A stretch of DNA of 64,000 bases from an uncultured bacterium (lineage in GTDB: Bacteria; Desulfobacterota; Syntrophorhabdia; Syntrophorhabdales; JANXAF01): assembly GCA_938084905.1 (NCBI GenBank), contig CALKEQ010000013.1, forward strand, positions 3,786 through 67,785, read 5' to 3'. This document shows, piece after piece, positions 27,830 through 36,515 of the stretch (position 1 is its first letter; each line of letters opens with the position of its first letter). Both the position numbers and the translations under genes were made by a program. Below the pieces are notes generated by a model that was not told where the DNA came from, searched no databases, and was given only the letters and a program-made list of their open reading frames with translations.

Positions 27830-28269
27830 TTCCTTCCCTCCTTTTCTTCTTTTAGCATAGCCATGATTTTTGCCTCCGCAACAACCTGGCCGTTTACATA
27901 AGCCTTCCCTTCAAAAACCCAGATGTCCATTCTATGCTTGACAACCTCCACAACCATCCTGAGCTGGTCACCAGGGGTAACAGGTCTCCTGAACCTTGCG
28001 TTGTCTATCCCCAAAAAAAAGACAGAACCCTTTTTCTCGGGAAATGTCTTGAATGCCAGGACTCCTCCAGTCTGTGCCATAGCTTCTATTATTAGAACAC
28101 CAGGCATAATCGGGTTATCCGGAAAGTGGCCTCCGAAGAAAGGCTCGTTATACGTCACATTTTTTATTCCAACCGCCCTTTTGCCAGGTTCAAATTCCAC
28201 TATCCTATCAACTAGTAAAAAAGGGAATCTGTGGGGTAAAAGTTCCATTATTTCCTTGCTCTCAATCAT
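27826..28269 (-). CDS. fabZ: 3-hydroxyacyl-ACP dehydratase FabZ
   Basis: [36 protein letters not shown]. Confidence 0.95.
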   Translation of the reverse strand: MIESKEIMELLPHRFPFLLVDRIVEFEPGKRAVGIKNVTYNEPFFGGHFPDNPIMPGVLIIEAMAQTGGVLAFKTFPEKKGSVFFLGIDNARFRRPVTPGDQLRMVVEVVKHRMDIWVFEGKAYVNGQVVAEAKIMAMLKEEKEGRK

Positions 28270-29297
28270 TTATTCTCTCCACGTTTTATTTTTTCTTCAA
28301 GGTCCTTCACCCTTGAAAAAAGCTCTGGAAGCTGTTTTAAATAGACATTGAGCCTAGCCCACTCCCTATGGTCCATATGGGGCGTTCCCATAACTTCTGA
28401 ACCTGCACGAACATCCTTTGTTACCCCCGATTGTCCTCCTATCTTTACATCATCTCCGATCTTCACATGATCCCTTATTCCGGCCTGGCCTGCTATTATT
28501 ACCCTCTTTCCTATTTCGGCACTCCCACCAATTCCTACCTGAGCAACGATTATGGAATTCTCTCCCACTTTCACGTTGTGTCCTATCTGAACAAGATTGT
28601 CGATTTTTGTGCCCTTCCCTATGACAGTTCTGCCGAGCGCTGCCCTGTCTATTGTCACGTTAGCTCCTATTTCCACATCGTCCTCAATTTCAACAGTTCC
28701 AAGTTGGGGTATCTTTACGTGCTCTTTTCCATTCCATACGTATCCAAATCCATCACTCCCCAAAACTGTGCCTGAATGTACAATGACCCTTTTTCCTATT
28801 GTTACTCCATCGTATACCGTCACATGTGGGTGTATCTTCGTGTTTTCTCCGATAAATACGCTCTTACCGATATGAACAAAGGGATAGATAGTTACCCCAT
28901 TTTCAATTCTAGACTTCTCTCCAATGTATACGAATGGATAAATTTTTACGTTTTCGCCAATTTCCACGTCCTCACAAAGGTAAGCAAGCGGGCTCACAAA
29001 GGCCTCACCTTTTTCAACTTCTTTGAAAAGATCTGCCACCTTAAGGTACGCACCCAATGGGTCCTTTGTCACTATAATATTTCTCACATTCAACTCTTCC
29101 TTCATTCTAATATCTTCACTCACGATTAATGCAGAGGCCTTGGTCGATTTTGCCGCTTCCACATAGGATTTCCGGAAGAGAAAGGCGATCTCACCCTCCT
29201 TTGCGTCCCTTATTGAGGAGACCCCCTTTATCTCGATTTCCCCATCACCGTAAAGCTCTCCACCTACGATTTTTGAGATTTCCTTAAGTTTCATCAC
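28266..29297 (-). CDS. lpxD: UDP-3-O-acylglucosamine N-acyltransferase
   Basis: N-terminal uridine-binding region, a long left-handed beta-helix of hexapeptide repeats, GSDGFGY and QIGHNV. Confidence 0.93.
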   Translation of the reverse strand: MMKLKEISKIVGGELYGDGEIEIKGVSSIRDAKEGEIAFLFRKSYVEAAKSTKASALIVSEDIRMKEELNVRNIIVTKDPLGAYLKVADLFKEVEKGEAFVSPLAYLCEDVEIGENVKIYPFVYIGEKSRIENGVTIYPFVHIGKSVFIGENTKIHPHVTVYDGVTIGKRVIVHSGTVLGSDGFGYVWNGKEHVKIPQLGTVEIEDDVEIGANVTIDRAALGRTVIGKGTKIDNLVQIGHNVKVGENSIIVAQVGIGGSAEIGKRVIIAGQAGIRDHVKIGDDVKIGGQSGVTKDVRAGSEVMGTPHMDHREWARLNVYLKQLPELFSRVKDLEEKIKRGENK

Positions 29298-29824
29298 TTC
29301 TTTGGAGGTTGCTTTTTCACCATATCGTTGTACTGTTTTATAATCTTATCAGTAATGTCTATCGCCGGGCTAGCAAAAAGTATTCCAGCCTGGCTCTTCT
29401 CAAATATGATCGTGAACTTCTCTCTTTCTCCGACTAGGCGGATAACCTCTTCTATCTCCTTCAAAATAGCCTGGGTCAACTCCATGTCCTTTTGCTGTAA
29501 TTCAGCCTGGTAGTCGCTATAGACCCTTTGGTAGTCGCGCAACTTGGCCTGATACTGCTTTTCCTTTTCAGCTCTTGCCTCGGGCGTAATGGTCATTCCT
29601 TGCCTTTCAAGAGCATCTTTCATCCTCTGGAGTTCTTCCTGCCTTATGTCCAGCTGCTTTCTCATCTTCTCAGCCTCTTCCGTAAGTGTCCTTTTTGCTT
29701 CTTTACCCTTTTCAGACTCCAGCATGACCCTTTGCAGATCCACATACCCTATGTTCAGCTGCTGGGCCCAAAGGGTATACGCAGAAAGAAAAAGGATGGT
29801 AAAGGTCAAAACGAGAGCTTTCAT
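29294..29824 (-). CDS. Periplasmic chaperone OmpH/Skp
   Basis: Signal peptide, then IGYVDLQRV and a coiled-coil region rich in K/E/Q. Canonical position between bamA and lpxD. Confidence 0.88.
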   Translation of the reverse strand: MKALVLTFTILFLSAYTLWAQQLNIGYVDLQRVMLESEKGKEAKRTLTEEAEKMRKQLDIRQEELQRMKDALERQGMTITPEARAEKEKQYQAKLRDYQRVYSDYQAELQQKDMELTQAILKEIEEVIRLVGEREKFTIIFEKSQAGILFASPAIDITDKIIKQYNDMVKKQPPKK

Positions 29825-29839
29825 GTTACCTCCCCATAT

Positions 29840-32089
29840 TTAATAGAACGTCCCGATCATAAAATCAAAAACACTCCTTTTTTCCCCTTTTCTTGGAGAA
29901 AGGTTAAAACCGAGTTCGAGCCTTATCGGTCCAAGGGGTGAAAGCCACCTCACCCCAAAGCCAGTCCCAAACCTGTAATCTTTAAAAAAACCCTTCGTCT
30001 CGTCAAAGGCATGACCGCAATCAAAAAACACGACACCTTTGAGTCCTGCCGGTTTAAAAATCGGAAAGATCCATTCAGCATTGAAAATCACTTCCTTTTT
30101 CCCACCTATGACTTCCCCTTCCTCATCCCTAGGACCTGCCTCTCCGTACCTGAACCCTCTTACGCTCCCAATCCCACCTACAAAGAATTTTTCGTAAACC
30201 GGTAATTTTTTTCCCCCATAAGGCCAGATCGAACCTAAAGTCCCCTTGACCATAAATGTTGAGTCCCAGAACGGAGCTTTTATGTACCTACCATAATAGG
30301 CGGTGGCTTTTAAAAAGTAAACATTTCCTCCAAGTATGCCACCCGCGTTTTCTAAGGAAATATCGCCAAAATCTCCCTGCGTTGGATTCAGTACGTCGTC
30401 TACCGTATTCCTGCTTAAGGAGAAGGCAAGGCCACTTACTGTTCTTTTTCCCTTTTGTTCCTTAATGTACTTGCTTGCCGTCTCTTCCACATTGTACACA
30501 TCGTTCCTTTCGTATCTGTACCTTGTGCCAAAAGTAACATAGTCCGTCACAGGCCGACCTATAGATAAACCTCCTCCTGTGATCCTGTAATTGTAAGTGT
30601 CCATAATCCTTCTATAATTTGAAAGTGATATCCCTGTCGAAAGCTTATAATCTAGGAAGTATGGATCTAAAGCCGAAAGTCTAAAATCGGTAGAAACGGA
30701 GCCAATCGATGCATCAAGGTAAAGTTTTCTTCCTGTACCGAAAAGGTTATCCTGAGAGACAGACCCAGAAAGAATGAACCTTTCAGCCGTACTGTACCCT
30801 ACACCGATACTTAGAGTTCCAGTAGGCCTTTCCTCCACAATCACATCCACGTTTACTCTATCAGGTTTTTCCGTCTTTTGAATCTTCATGTCCACTTCTT
30901 TAAAGTAAGTCGTGTTTCTCAGTTTTTTTTTGCTTTCAGAGATTCTACTGGCTGAAAATCTATCACCCTCCGCAAACTTGAGCTCTCTTCTTATAACCTT
31001 GTCCCTAGTTTTTACGTTGCCTATGATGTTTATCCTGTTAAAGTAAACCTCCTCGTTCTTTTTTATTTCGAACAAAACGTCTACAGTTTTTTCCTCTTCA
31101 TTTATGGTTGTAATCGGGGTAATGTCGCAAAAAGCGTAACCCCTGTCCTGATAGATATCTGTAAGTTTGAGAACATCCTTATGGAGGAGACTGCTCCTGA
31201 ATACTTCACCGGGTTTCAAAGATAGCATCTTTCTCGTTTCTTCTACTGGGGCTATCAGATCACCAACAAACTCTATTTTCCCAAGTCTGTATATTGGCCC
31301 CTCATCTATGTTCATTCTGATTTCTATTGTCTTTCCATCGTCAGATAACTTTATCTCAGGAGGAGAAGTTTTCACTGTAACATGTCCCCTGTCCATGTAG
31401 AAGGCCTCTATGTTCCTCCTGTCTTCCTCAAGTGTGTCCTCGTCTAGGATCCCCGAACCTGTAAACCATGAGAAGATCCCTTTCTCCTTTGTTTTCATGT
31501 ACTTCTTCAATTCCCCGGACGAGTAGCTTCTGTTGCCTAGAAACTCGATCTTTCTTACGTAAGATTTACCTGCCTCCTCTATTTTCAGATTCACAGTTAC
31601 GTCGTATGTTTCCTCGTAAACTATCTGGGGCTCAACCTTCGTGGCATAGTAACCTTTTGATGCATAAAGCTTTTTTATCTCATCAACGCTCTCTTTGAGT
31701 CTTTCTGTATTGAGGACTGTCATTGACTTAATCTTCAACCTTTCCTTAATCTCGTCCGTTCTGACCTTTTTGTTTCCGTATATGTGTATCGCCTTTATGA
31801 TCGGTCTTTCAATAACCACAAAGGTTACAATCTTGCCCTCCTCCACATCTTTGACATCTATCTGAACATCGCTGAAAAAACCTGTCCTGTAAATGTTCTT
31901 TAAATCCTCCCTCAGCTTATTAGGATCGTAGGGATCATTTTCTTTTGTTTTTATGGCGTTCAAAATTACTCCCTTGTCAACCCTCTCATTTCCGATAATT
32001 TCGATTTTCACTATTCTCTTTTCTTCGGCAGCGAAGATTATCTGGGCAAAAAAGAGAATGGCTAAAGTATAAAATACCCTTTTCCTCAT
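29840..32089 (-). CDS. bamA: Outer membrane protein assembly factor BamA
   Basis: Signal peptide MRKRVFYTLAILFFAQIIFA from ATG 32089 (the ORF-track start 32164 adds 25 non-signal residues). POTRA repeats are followed by a C-terminal beta-barrel ending ...FMIGTFY. Confidence 0.9.
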   Translation of the reverse strand: MRKRVFYTLAILFFAQIIFAAEEKRIVKIEIIGNERVDKGVILNAIKTKENDPYDPNKLREDLKNIYRTGFFSDVQIDVKDVEEGKIVTFVVIERPIIKAIHIYGNKKVRTDEIKERLKIKSMTVLNTERLKESVDEIKKLYASKGYYATKVEPQIVYEETYDVTVNLKIEEAGKSYVRKIEFLGNRSYSSGELKKYMKTKEKGIFSWFTGSGILDEDTLEEDRRNIEAFYMDRGHVTVKTSPPEIKLSDDGKTIEIRMNIDEGPIYRLGKIEFVGDLIAPVEETRKMLSLKPGEVFRSSLLHKDVLKLTDIYQDRGYAFCDITPITTINEEEKTVDVLFEIKKNEEVYFNRINIIGNVKTRDKVIRRELKFAEGDRFSASRISESKKKLRNTTYFKEVDMKIQKTEKPDRVNVDVIVEERPTGTLSIGVGYSTAERFILSGSVSQDNLFGTGRKLYLDASIGSVSTDFRLSALDPYFLDYKLSTGISLSNYRRIMDTYNYRITGGGLSIGRPVTDYVTFGTRYRYERNDVYNVEETASKYIKEQKGKRTVSGLAFSLSRNTVDDVLNPTQGDFGDISLENAGGILGGNVYFLKATAYYGRYIKAPFWDSTFMVKGTLGSIWPYGGKKLPVYEKFFVGGIGSVRGFRYGEAGPRDEEGEVIGGKKEVIFNAEWIFPIFKPAGLKGVVFFDCGHAFDETKGFFKDYRFGTGFGVRWLSPLGPIRLELGFNLSPRKGEKRSVFDFMIGTFY

Positions 32090-32144
32090 ACGGCTAGCAA
32101 GGTTAACAGAAAACCTCCTTCTATGTAAAGCCAAAATTTTCATC

Positions 32145-32801
32145 TTACCTCCACCTTTCAACACCCCTTTTCAAACAGAGATCTGCGATTGGACACTTGC
32201 TACAAAAGGGAGAGATAGGTCTACATATCGTTCTTCCAAATCGTACCATAAGTTTATTGTAATCCTTCCAGTATCTCATTGGCATCTTCTTTCTGAGCTC
32301 AATTTCAGTATCCTCTGGATTTTTCGTGTTTACAAGACCGATCCGATTCGAAATCCTGTGCACGTGGACATCCACACATATCGCTGGCTTTCCGTAACCT
32401 TCAGAAAGTACGAGGTTTGCCGTCTTTCTACCGATGCCCTTTAACTTCAGGAGATCATGAAGAGTGTCAGGTACTTTTCCACCATATTCGTTTAGAAGTG
32501 TCTCAATCACCTTCTTTATAGTTCTAGCCTTGTTCCTGTAAAAGCCAGCAGGAAAGATCAGTTTTTCGAGCTCAGTCTCATCAATAGCTGCCAGATCTTC
32601 AGGCCTATTCACCCTTTTCTTCAGCTTCTCTAAAACCTCATCCGTCACCTCATCCTTCGTCCTCTGACTTATAATTGTGCCAACTAAAACCCAGAATGGA
32701 TCTTCCTTTCTTTTTTTTGTGACATCATCTGGGAAGAAGCTTTTAAGAGCTCGAAAAATCCTCTCGAAAAGGTAAGAATCTTTCAAACCTCTATGATTCA
32801 A
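32145..32801 (-). CDS. nth: Endonuclease III
   Basis: HhH LKGIGRKTANLV, catalytic DVHVHR, and the 4Fe-4S loop CRPISPFCSKCPIADLC. Confidence 0.92.
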   Translation of the reverse strand: MNHRGLKDSYLFERIFRALKSFFPDDVTKKRKEDPFWVLVGTIISQRTKDEVTDEVLEKLKKRVNRPEDLAAIDETELEKLIFPAGFYRNKARTIKKVIETLLNEYGGKVPDTLHDLLKLKGIGRKTANLVLSEGYGKPAICVDVHVHRISNRIGLVNTKNPEDTEIELRKKMPMRYWKDYNKLMVRFGRTICRPISPFCSKCPIADLCLKRGVERWR

Positions 32802-33234
32802 GAAACTCCTTTATCCATCTCGACATGTTCTCCACATGTGAACCGCTCCAGTAGATCTTTCCGCACTTAGGGCAGATACGGAATTCATCCTGTGTGTGGA
32901 ATACGTATTCGGGCACGTATGGTTCCACTTTTTCTTTCTCTATTTCGTTTAGTACTTCGTTACATATGATACACCTCGTCATAATCCGGGAAGGATCGAT
33001 GTAAGGTTTTATTATGTGTTTTATCTCCCTTAGCTGATCCTGAACATGATCACTTTTGATATAGATGCTGTTTCGAAAGATAGGTTTCTTTCTCCTCGTC
33101 AAAAAATAGTAAGGTTCTTCAAAGGAGAAGTCGGTTCCCTTCTTAGATGGTCGATAGTAGACCGCGTCTAGACCTAGTACCCTTAAATATTTTGCAAGCC
33201 TACCAAGCATGGAATCACATATGAATTTCATCAT
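32791..33234 (-). CDS. Mut7-C RNase domain (DUF82) protein with a C-terminal zinc ribbon
   Basis: FICDSMLGRLAKYLRVLGLDAVY...CIICN...CPKCGKIYWSGSH. Confidence 0.85.
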   Translation of the reverse strand: MMKFICDSMLGRLAKYLRVLGLDAVYYRPSKKGTDFSFEEPYYFLTRRKKPIFRNSIYIKSDHVQDQLREIKHIIKPYIDPSRIMTRCIICNEVLNEIEKEKVEPYVPEYVFHTQDEFRICPKCGKIYWSGSHVENMSRWIKEFLES

Positions 33235-34493
33235 CTATCTCTATCGACAAGGGATCTTGCTATCCTTCTCGCATTTTCCATTATCTCCTCTTCATTAGGA
33301 ACCTTCCTATCCTCCATCAAGACATTTCCCATGCATATTACAGTATCAACGCAGGAACCGTTTGCCGCATAGACGATATCTGAGTAAAGGTCAAAGTTTG
33401 GCACAAATTCGGGCCTTTTCAAATCCAAAAGAATTATGTCAACAGTGGAACCGACCTTTATTTCCCATTCCCCAAGATGAAAACAAAAGGCAGCCTTTTT
33501 CGTAGCTAATTGAAAAACTTCATAAGCGGGCAGAACTGTTGGATCACCTGTTGCGAATTTAGCGAGAAGGGATGCAAACTTCATCGTTTCGATCATGTCT
33601 AAATGATTATTTGAAGCACAACCGTCAGTACCTAGGCAGTAACTAATCCCGTACTTTGAAAATAAAAGATGAGGGACGACCTTACCAACAGCAAGTTTCA
33701 TATTTGAAACTGGCATATGAACGATCTTTGCCCCTTTTCTCCCGAGGATTTCACATTCCTCCTCCGTAAGCCAGCACCCATGGCAACCTACAAACCTTTC
33801 AGAGATTAGCCCTAGTGAGTCAAGAAAATCCACAACGCTTGTTCCATACCTCTCCTTTGCAAATTTGACCTCATCTTCAGTCTCAGCCACATGCATATGT
33901 ACAAAAACCCCATTTTTTCTTGAAAACTCGCTTACCCATAATAGACTGAATTCTGAGACGGAATAAATTGCGTGGGGGCCGAGGGTAAATACGACATTCG
34001 GACTGTATTTCTTCGAAAGATCATAAAGGTGTAAATTCAACTCTATCTGTTCCTCAGCCCTTTTTCTATCGAACATGTCTATGAACACCGCACTTATATA
34101 AGCTCTTAATCCCATCTCAAAGGCAGCTTTTGCAGTAGCCTCCCAATGCCAGTACATGTCGTTAAATACCGTAATCCCGTTTTTTATCATCTCAAGGCAG
34201 GCGAGTTTGGCTCCCCAGTAAACATCCTCCTCTGTTAATTTTGCCTCCAGAACCCATATCTTCTCTTCGAGCCATCTTCTTAGGGGCATATCATCAGCGT
34301 ATCCCCTAAAAAGGGTCATGGCCGCATGGGTATGTCCATTAATAAAGGATGGTACCGCTACCTTTCCCTCACCATTTATAACTTTGTCCGCATCTCTCGT
34401 AAGAGATGAACCTATTGCCTCGATTTTTCCTTCGTTGATGTAAATATCGGTTGTTTCACCATTTAAAAGTACGTTCCTTATAAGTATCTTCAT
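33231..34493 (-). CDS. mtaD: Amidohydrolase, 5'-methylthioadenosine/S-adenosylhomocysteine deaminase family
   Basis: PSFINGHTHAAMTLFRGYADDMPL, HMHVAET, GTDGCASNN. Confidence 0.88.
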   Translation of the reverse strand: MKILIRNVLLNGETTDIYINEGKIEAIGSSLTRDADKVINGEGKVAVPSFINGHTHAAMTLFRGYADDMPLRRWLEEKIWVLEAKLTEEDVYWGAKLACLEMIKNGITVFNDMYWHWEATAKAAFEMGLRAYISAVFIDMFDRKRAEEQIELNLHLYDLSKKYSPNVVFTLGPHAIYSVSEFSLLWVSEFSRKNGVFVHMHVAETEDEVKFAKERYGTSVVDFLDSLGLISERFVGCHGCWLTEEECEILGRKGAKIVHMPVSNMKLAVGKVVPHLLFSKYGISYCLGTDGCASNNHLDMIETMKFASLLAKFATGDPTVLPAYEVFQLATKKAAFCFHLGEWEIKVGSTVDIILLDLKRPEFVPNFDLYSDIVYAANGSCVDTVICMGNVLMEDRKVPNEEEIMENARRIARSLVDRDR

Positions 34494-35185
34494 TTTCCCT
34501 CTCTCTCAAGAAGGATCTCCAAAAACCTTTCAATCCTGGACATATTTTTGGACTGGATAGACTTAACCTCCTCTATTGTGAGATCCCGTTCACCTATTCC
34601 ATGGCAGTAATTGTCAATGGCGCATAGACTTCCGTAGGACATTCCACATTCCAAAGCAAGAGTAGCTTCCGAGGCAAGTGTCATTCCCACAACGTCACCA
34701 ACTTTTTTAAAGAAGCTAATCTCCGCAACTGTCTCAAACCTCGGTCCAAGTGTCTGAATATAGATACCTCCCATCCTCACATTAAGTCCAGATTCCTTTG
34801 CTACGTCATAGGTTATCTCCATTATCCGCCTGTCCATTTTTGGAACAAAGAACCTACATTCACTGTCAAAAAAAGTTGGGATCAACCATGGACAGAAAAA
34901 GTCGTGAGGAACCAGAAAAGTACCCGGCTTCAAATTTTTTTTTAAGCTCCCGGTGGAATTTATGGCAAAAACATCCTTTACTCCCAGTTCTTTCAATGCC
35001 CATATATTCGCCCTATGGTTTATCCTGTGTGGAGGAAGAAGATCCACCCCGTGCCTTTGCAAAAAGAAAACCCCAGATTCTTTACTGACCGTGACATTGC
35101 CGTAGGGGGTCTCAACTGTTTCTCTCTTCCAGCTTTCAAATAATCTGGAATTAAAGAGAGATGAACCTCCAACTATGGCGAACAA
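34490..35185 (-). CDS. mtnP: MTAP-family purine nucleoside phosphorylase (methylthioadenosine/methylthioinosine phosphorylase)
   Basis: IVGGSSL, FLQRHG...PPHRINHRANIWALKELGV, GPRFET. TTG start with a GAGGTGA SD. Confidence 0.85.
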   Translation of the reverse strand: MFAIVGGSSLFNSRLFESWKRETVETPYGNVTVSKESGVFFLQRHGVDLLPPHRINHRANIWALKELGVKDVFAINSTGSLKKNLKPGTFLVPHDFFCPWLIPTFFDSECRFFVPKMDRRIMEITYDVAKESGLNVRMGGIYIQTLGPRFETVAEISFFKKVGDVVGMTLASEATLALECGMSYGSLCAIDNYCHGIGERDLTIEEVKSIQSKNMSRIERFLEILLEREGK

Positions 35186-35362
35186 GTTTCACCTCAAGCT
35201 CAATTCGTAAAAGGACTTTTTCTTCAGTAAAATTTCTCAGACAATTAGATGCCAGAACTCCCTCGAGCTCAATCATCTTTACGAGACCACCTTGAGTGTT
35301 CTTCCCCATCCCTCCTCTGGTAGTCTAAAACTAAGAAGCCCGTAACTGCTTCCATAACGGTA

Positions 35363-35391
35363 AAAATATACCAATTTGCTTAAGCCGTCAA
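35363..35391 (-). promoter_or_regulatory. Putative promoter for the MTAP...mazG gene train
   Basis: Minus strand reads TTGACG (35391-35386), then either N15-TATATT with an upstream TGG (extended -10) or N17-TATTTT. It would give a leader of about 170 nt. Confidence 0.3.
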
Positions 35392-35404
35392 CATCCGTCC
35401 TGGG

Positions 35405-35433
35405 TTGACAAAGTGAGCATGGGAAAATAGAAT
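35405..35433 (+). promoter_or_regulatory. Putative ispG promoter
   Basis: TTGACA (35405-35410)-N17-TAGAAT (35428-35433). Very short leader and no clear SD. Confidence 0.35.
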
Positions 35434-35453
35434 TAAAAAAATTTTTGAAAGAT

Positions 35454-36515
35454 ATGGCCTTTCAAAGGAAAAAAACAAAGGAAATAAAGGTTGGTGGAGT
35501 CTCTATCGGAGGGGAAAACCCAATCATCGTTCAGTCGATGCTTAAAACATCGCCTGAAAACTTTGAGGGAAGCCTAAAGCAGCTTATGGAGCTGAAGAAG
35601 GCAGGTTGCGAGCTTGTAAGGATTGCCCTCCCCACGGAAGAAAGCTGTAACATCATACCTTTTCTCAAGAGGGAAGTGAACATTCCGTTAATCGGAGATA
35701 TACATTTCAATACGAGAATCGCGTTCAAAGCAATGGAAATGGGTGTGGACTGTATAAGGATAAACCCTGGAACCATAAACAATGTACGGAAGGTAAAGGA
35801 AATAGCGGAAAAGGCAAAGCAGACAAACACCCCTGTGAGAATCGGGATCAACTCAGGTTCAATTGAAAGGAGAATCCTGAAAAAGTACGGCAGGGCTACC
35901 CCTGAAGCTATGGTAGAAAGTGCAATGTACTATGTTAAGCTGTTCGAAGATGTGGGATGGACGGAAATTAAGGTCTCTCTTAAAGGATCCAATGTTTTAG
36001 ATACCATTGAGGCTTACAGGAAGTTCGCAAGTATGACCAACTATCCCCTTCACATAGGGATAACAGAGGCAGGACCTTTTTTTTCCGGCCTTGCAAGATC
36101 AGCTGTTGGGATTGGCATTCTTTTATACGAAGGGATAGGAGACACTCTCCGCGTATCGCTAACCGCTGATCCTGTTCACGAAGTTTTGGCTGCGTATCAC
36201 ATCCTAAGGAGCACAGGACTTAGAAAAAGGGGGATAGATATAATATCTTGCCCCACATGTGGAAGGTGTAAAGTAAATTTAAAGGAGATTGTGGAGGAAT
36301 TCGAAATTGAGACTATGAGCATTGAAAAGTACCTGAAGGTAGCAATAATGGGTTGTGAGGTAAATGGACCTGGAGAAGCAAAGGACGCGGACATAGGTGT
36401 CGCTTACGGACAAAAGACCGCTCTCATATTTTCTCGTGGAGTTGTAACAAAGAAGGGGATACCAAAAGATATGGCGAAGGACGTCCTAAAAGAGGAACTC
36501 TACAAACTGCTTTAA
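35454..36515 (+). CDS. ispG: 4-hydroxy-3-methylbut-2-en-1-yl diphosphate synthase
   Basis: IKVGGVSIGGENPIIVQSM, VRIGINSGS, and the 4Fe-4S ligands CPTCGRC...GCEVNGPGE. TTG 35445 is an alternative start. Confidence 0.93.
   Translation: MAFQRKKTKEIKVGGVSIGGENPIIVQSMLKTSPENFEGSLKQLMELKKAGCELVRIALPTEESCNIIPFLKREVNIPLIGDIHFNTRIAFKAMEMGVDCIRINPGTINNVRKVKEIAEKAKQTNTPVRIGINSGSIERRILKKYGRATPEAMVESAMYYVKLFEDVGWTEIKVSLKGSNVLDTIEAYRKFASMTNYPLHIGITEAGPFFSGLARSAVGIGILLYEGIGDTLRVSLTADPVHEVLAAYHILRSTGLRKRGIDIISCPTCGRCKVNLKEIVEEFEIETMSIEKYLKVAIMGCEVNGPGEAKDADIGVAYGQKTALIFSRGVVTKKGIPKDMAKDVLKEELYKLL

Noticed and set aside
28418-29129. Several 68-117 aa plus-strand ORFs (28418-28624, 28431-28775, 28597-28875, 28776-29129) antisense to lpxD
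   Set aside because: They lie entirely inside the strongly supported lpxD gene. The hexapeptide-repeat DNA is stop-poor in several frames, and the translated products are low-complexity with no recognisable motifs or SD sequences.
32090-32164. N-terminal 25-residue extension of BamA (ORF-track start 32164), and similarly the 43-residue extension of TrmFO (53017-53145)
   Set aside because: The extensions precede a canonical signal peptide (BamA) or the Rossmann GGGLAG N-terminus (TrmFO). They overlap the upstream gene's coding end, and internal starts with good SDs are available.
35186-35400. SAM/SAH-type riboswitch upstream of the MTAP gene
   Set aside because: I could not find the conserved cores of the SAM-I, SAM-II or SAM/SAH motifs by eye on either strand. 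It is therefore reported only as an unexplained long leader, not as a riboswitch.
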